A stretch of 64,000 nt of DNA from NCBI RefSeq assembly GCF_009914755.1, contig NC_060941.1; one strand, written 5' to 3'. Of the stretch, positions 59,662-64,000 are shown in pieces. The notes under the pieces are model-generated. The model was not told the DNA's origin, searched no databases, and saw nothing but the letters and a program-made list of their open reading frames with translations. How positions within the stretch are numbered: position 1 is the first letter of the stretch; each line of letters opens with the position of its first letter. This DNA is from the human T2T-CHM13v2.0 reference genome, Homo sapiens. The position numbers and the translations under genes were made by a program.

Positions 59662-60725
59662 ACCAGCCCATGCAGCCCAACCCCTGTGGAGTTACCACTC
59701 TTCTACAAATTTGCAAAGTCTGCATTCCAAGTGGCTATTTCCTCTTAGGCGTTTGGCCTGAGTTGTGGCATACCATGCGATAGGTGTGCAGTGATGTGTA
59801 ATTGTGGTCCAAACAGCAGAGCTTAGTAGGCAAATGCCATTGCCATCTCTATTAAGTCAGCAAGGGGGTATCATTAAGGATGCAACATTGTTGGGCACCT
59901 ATAGAGGGCTGGAGGTGTCAGGTACATTACCTCATTTGTCTTTCTTAATGGCCTTATGAGGTAGATAATATTATTAAACCATCTCACTGGTGAGGATCTT
60001 GAGGATCAGGGAGATTCAGTCAATGATATGCCAGCCTGAGGTCACCAGGTGGTAAGAACCAGGGCTGGGATTTAAGGCCACTGACTGCACAGCTCATGGG
60101 CTTCCTGTTTCTTCAGGCTGCCTCTGGCTCCATTTTTTAAATGATACCAACTAAAGCAGTGAGAGCAACCTTGTGAAAATCTAAGTGCCTACTATCTGTC
60201 AGACACTGGTGAGGGGCTCATGGGGGCTCACAACAATGAGGTGTTTTTGCTGGTCTGGAGGAGTCTGGAGGCCACTTGGAGGAGATAAGACATTTAGTAA
60301 TAGTAGTAGTAGTAGCGCCACTACTCATAATATAAATAACATCAGCCACAATAGTTAATGCTTACTCTGTGTCAGGCACTTTTCCAAGAACATTATTCCA
60401 CAACCCCATAAGACAGGTATTGTTATTACCCACTGGTCTGTAAATGAAATTCTGAGGTCCAGAGAAGTTAAGGTGCGCAGAACTTGCACAACTTGCTAGT
60501 GGAAGATTCTGTGTCGGGACCAAGACTGACTCCAGAGGTGACACCCTCAAACTTGTCATCTGCTGTGTGCCAGTTACCCACTTTTCACAATTCTTTTTCA
60601 AGTTTGGGATTCTCATGCTCACTTAGGTGTATATAAATGTGTTGGCCCTTTTGTAATTTTTATTTTTGCAGAAGTATTTAATGAGAGCATTTTAAGTGCT
60701 GTGTTACTAACCATAATGACAATAA

Positions 60726-61196
<471 letters not shown>

Positions 61197-61289
61197 TGAA
61201 GCCAGGAAAATGGTTTAAGTCCAGGCAATCCGTCTCCAGGTTTAGAGCTCTTAACCCAAAGCTCTTCATGAGAGAGAAGCTTATGGAAT

Positions 61290-63080
<1,791 letters not shown>

Positions 63081-63225
63081 CATGTTTTAGACAAAAAACC
63101 TGAGGTTCAGAGTAGCTGAGTAACCTACCCAGTTACATAGTTGGCAACAGCTACAGCCAGAATCCAAACCTCTCTTACTCCAAATCCTGAGCTCTTGCCC
63201 TGTGCTGCTTCTCTATGACTCTAGA

Positions 63226-64000
<775 letters not shown>

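Overview
Primate (almost certainly human) non-coding genomic DNA. I find no credible protein-coding gene: the ORF track is explained by Alu, microsatellite or GC-rich sequence. The window holds about 26 Alu/FLAM/FRAM copies, many MIR, L2 and L1 fragments, MaLR LTRs (MST, MLT1), a MER41A-type solo LTR and DNA-transposon fossils (MER5, MER58, MER33). Between these lie two CpG islands (~9985-10860, ~56200-56800) and a dozen or so TE-free, AT/TAAT-rich blocks with PBX-HOX, MEIS, CDX/HOX13, POU and RFX motifs. This looks like a regulatory gene desert next to a developmental or neuronal transcription-factor gene. From unverified memory it resembles the 17q12 MRM1-LHX1 interval; only BLAT can confirm that. 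Most notable observations: (1) two same-orientation degenerate tandem arrays with a ~41-42 bp period and a shared, probably L2-derived unit, each just upstream of one CpG island; (2) a near-perfect 44-bp-stem hairpin at 14940-15036; (3) a near-consensus REST/RE1 site in the second island; (4) several local duplications and a four-level nested TE. Repeat subfamily calls are by eye and were not run through RepeatMasker.
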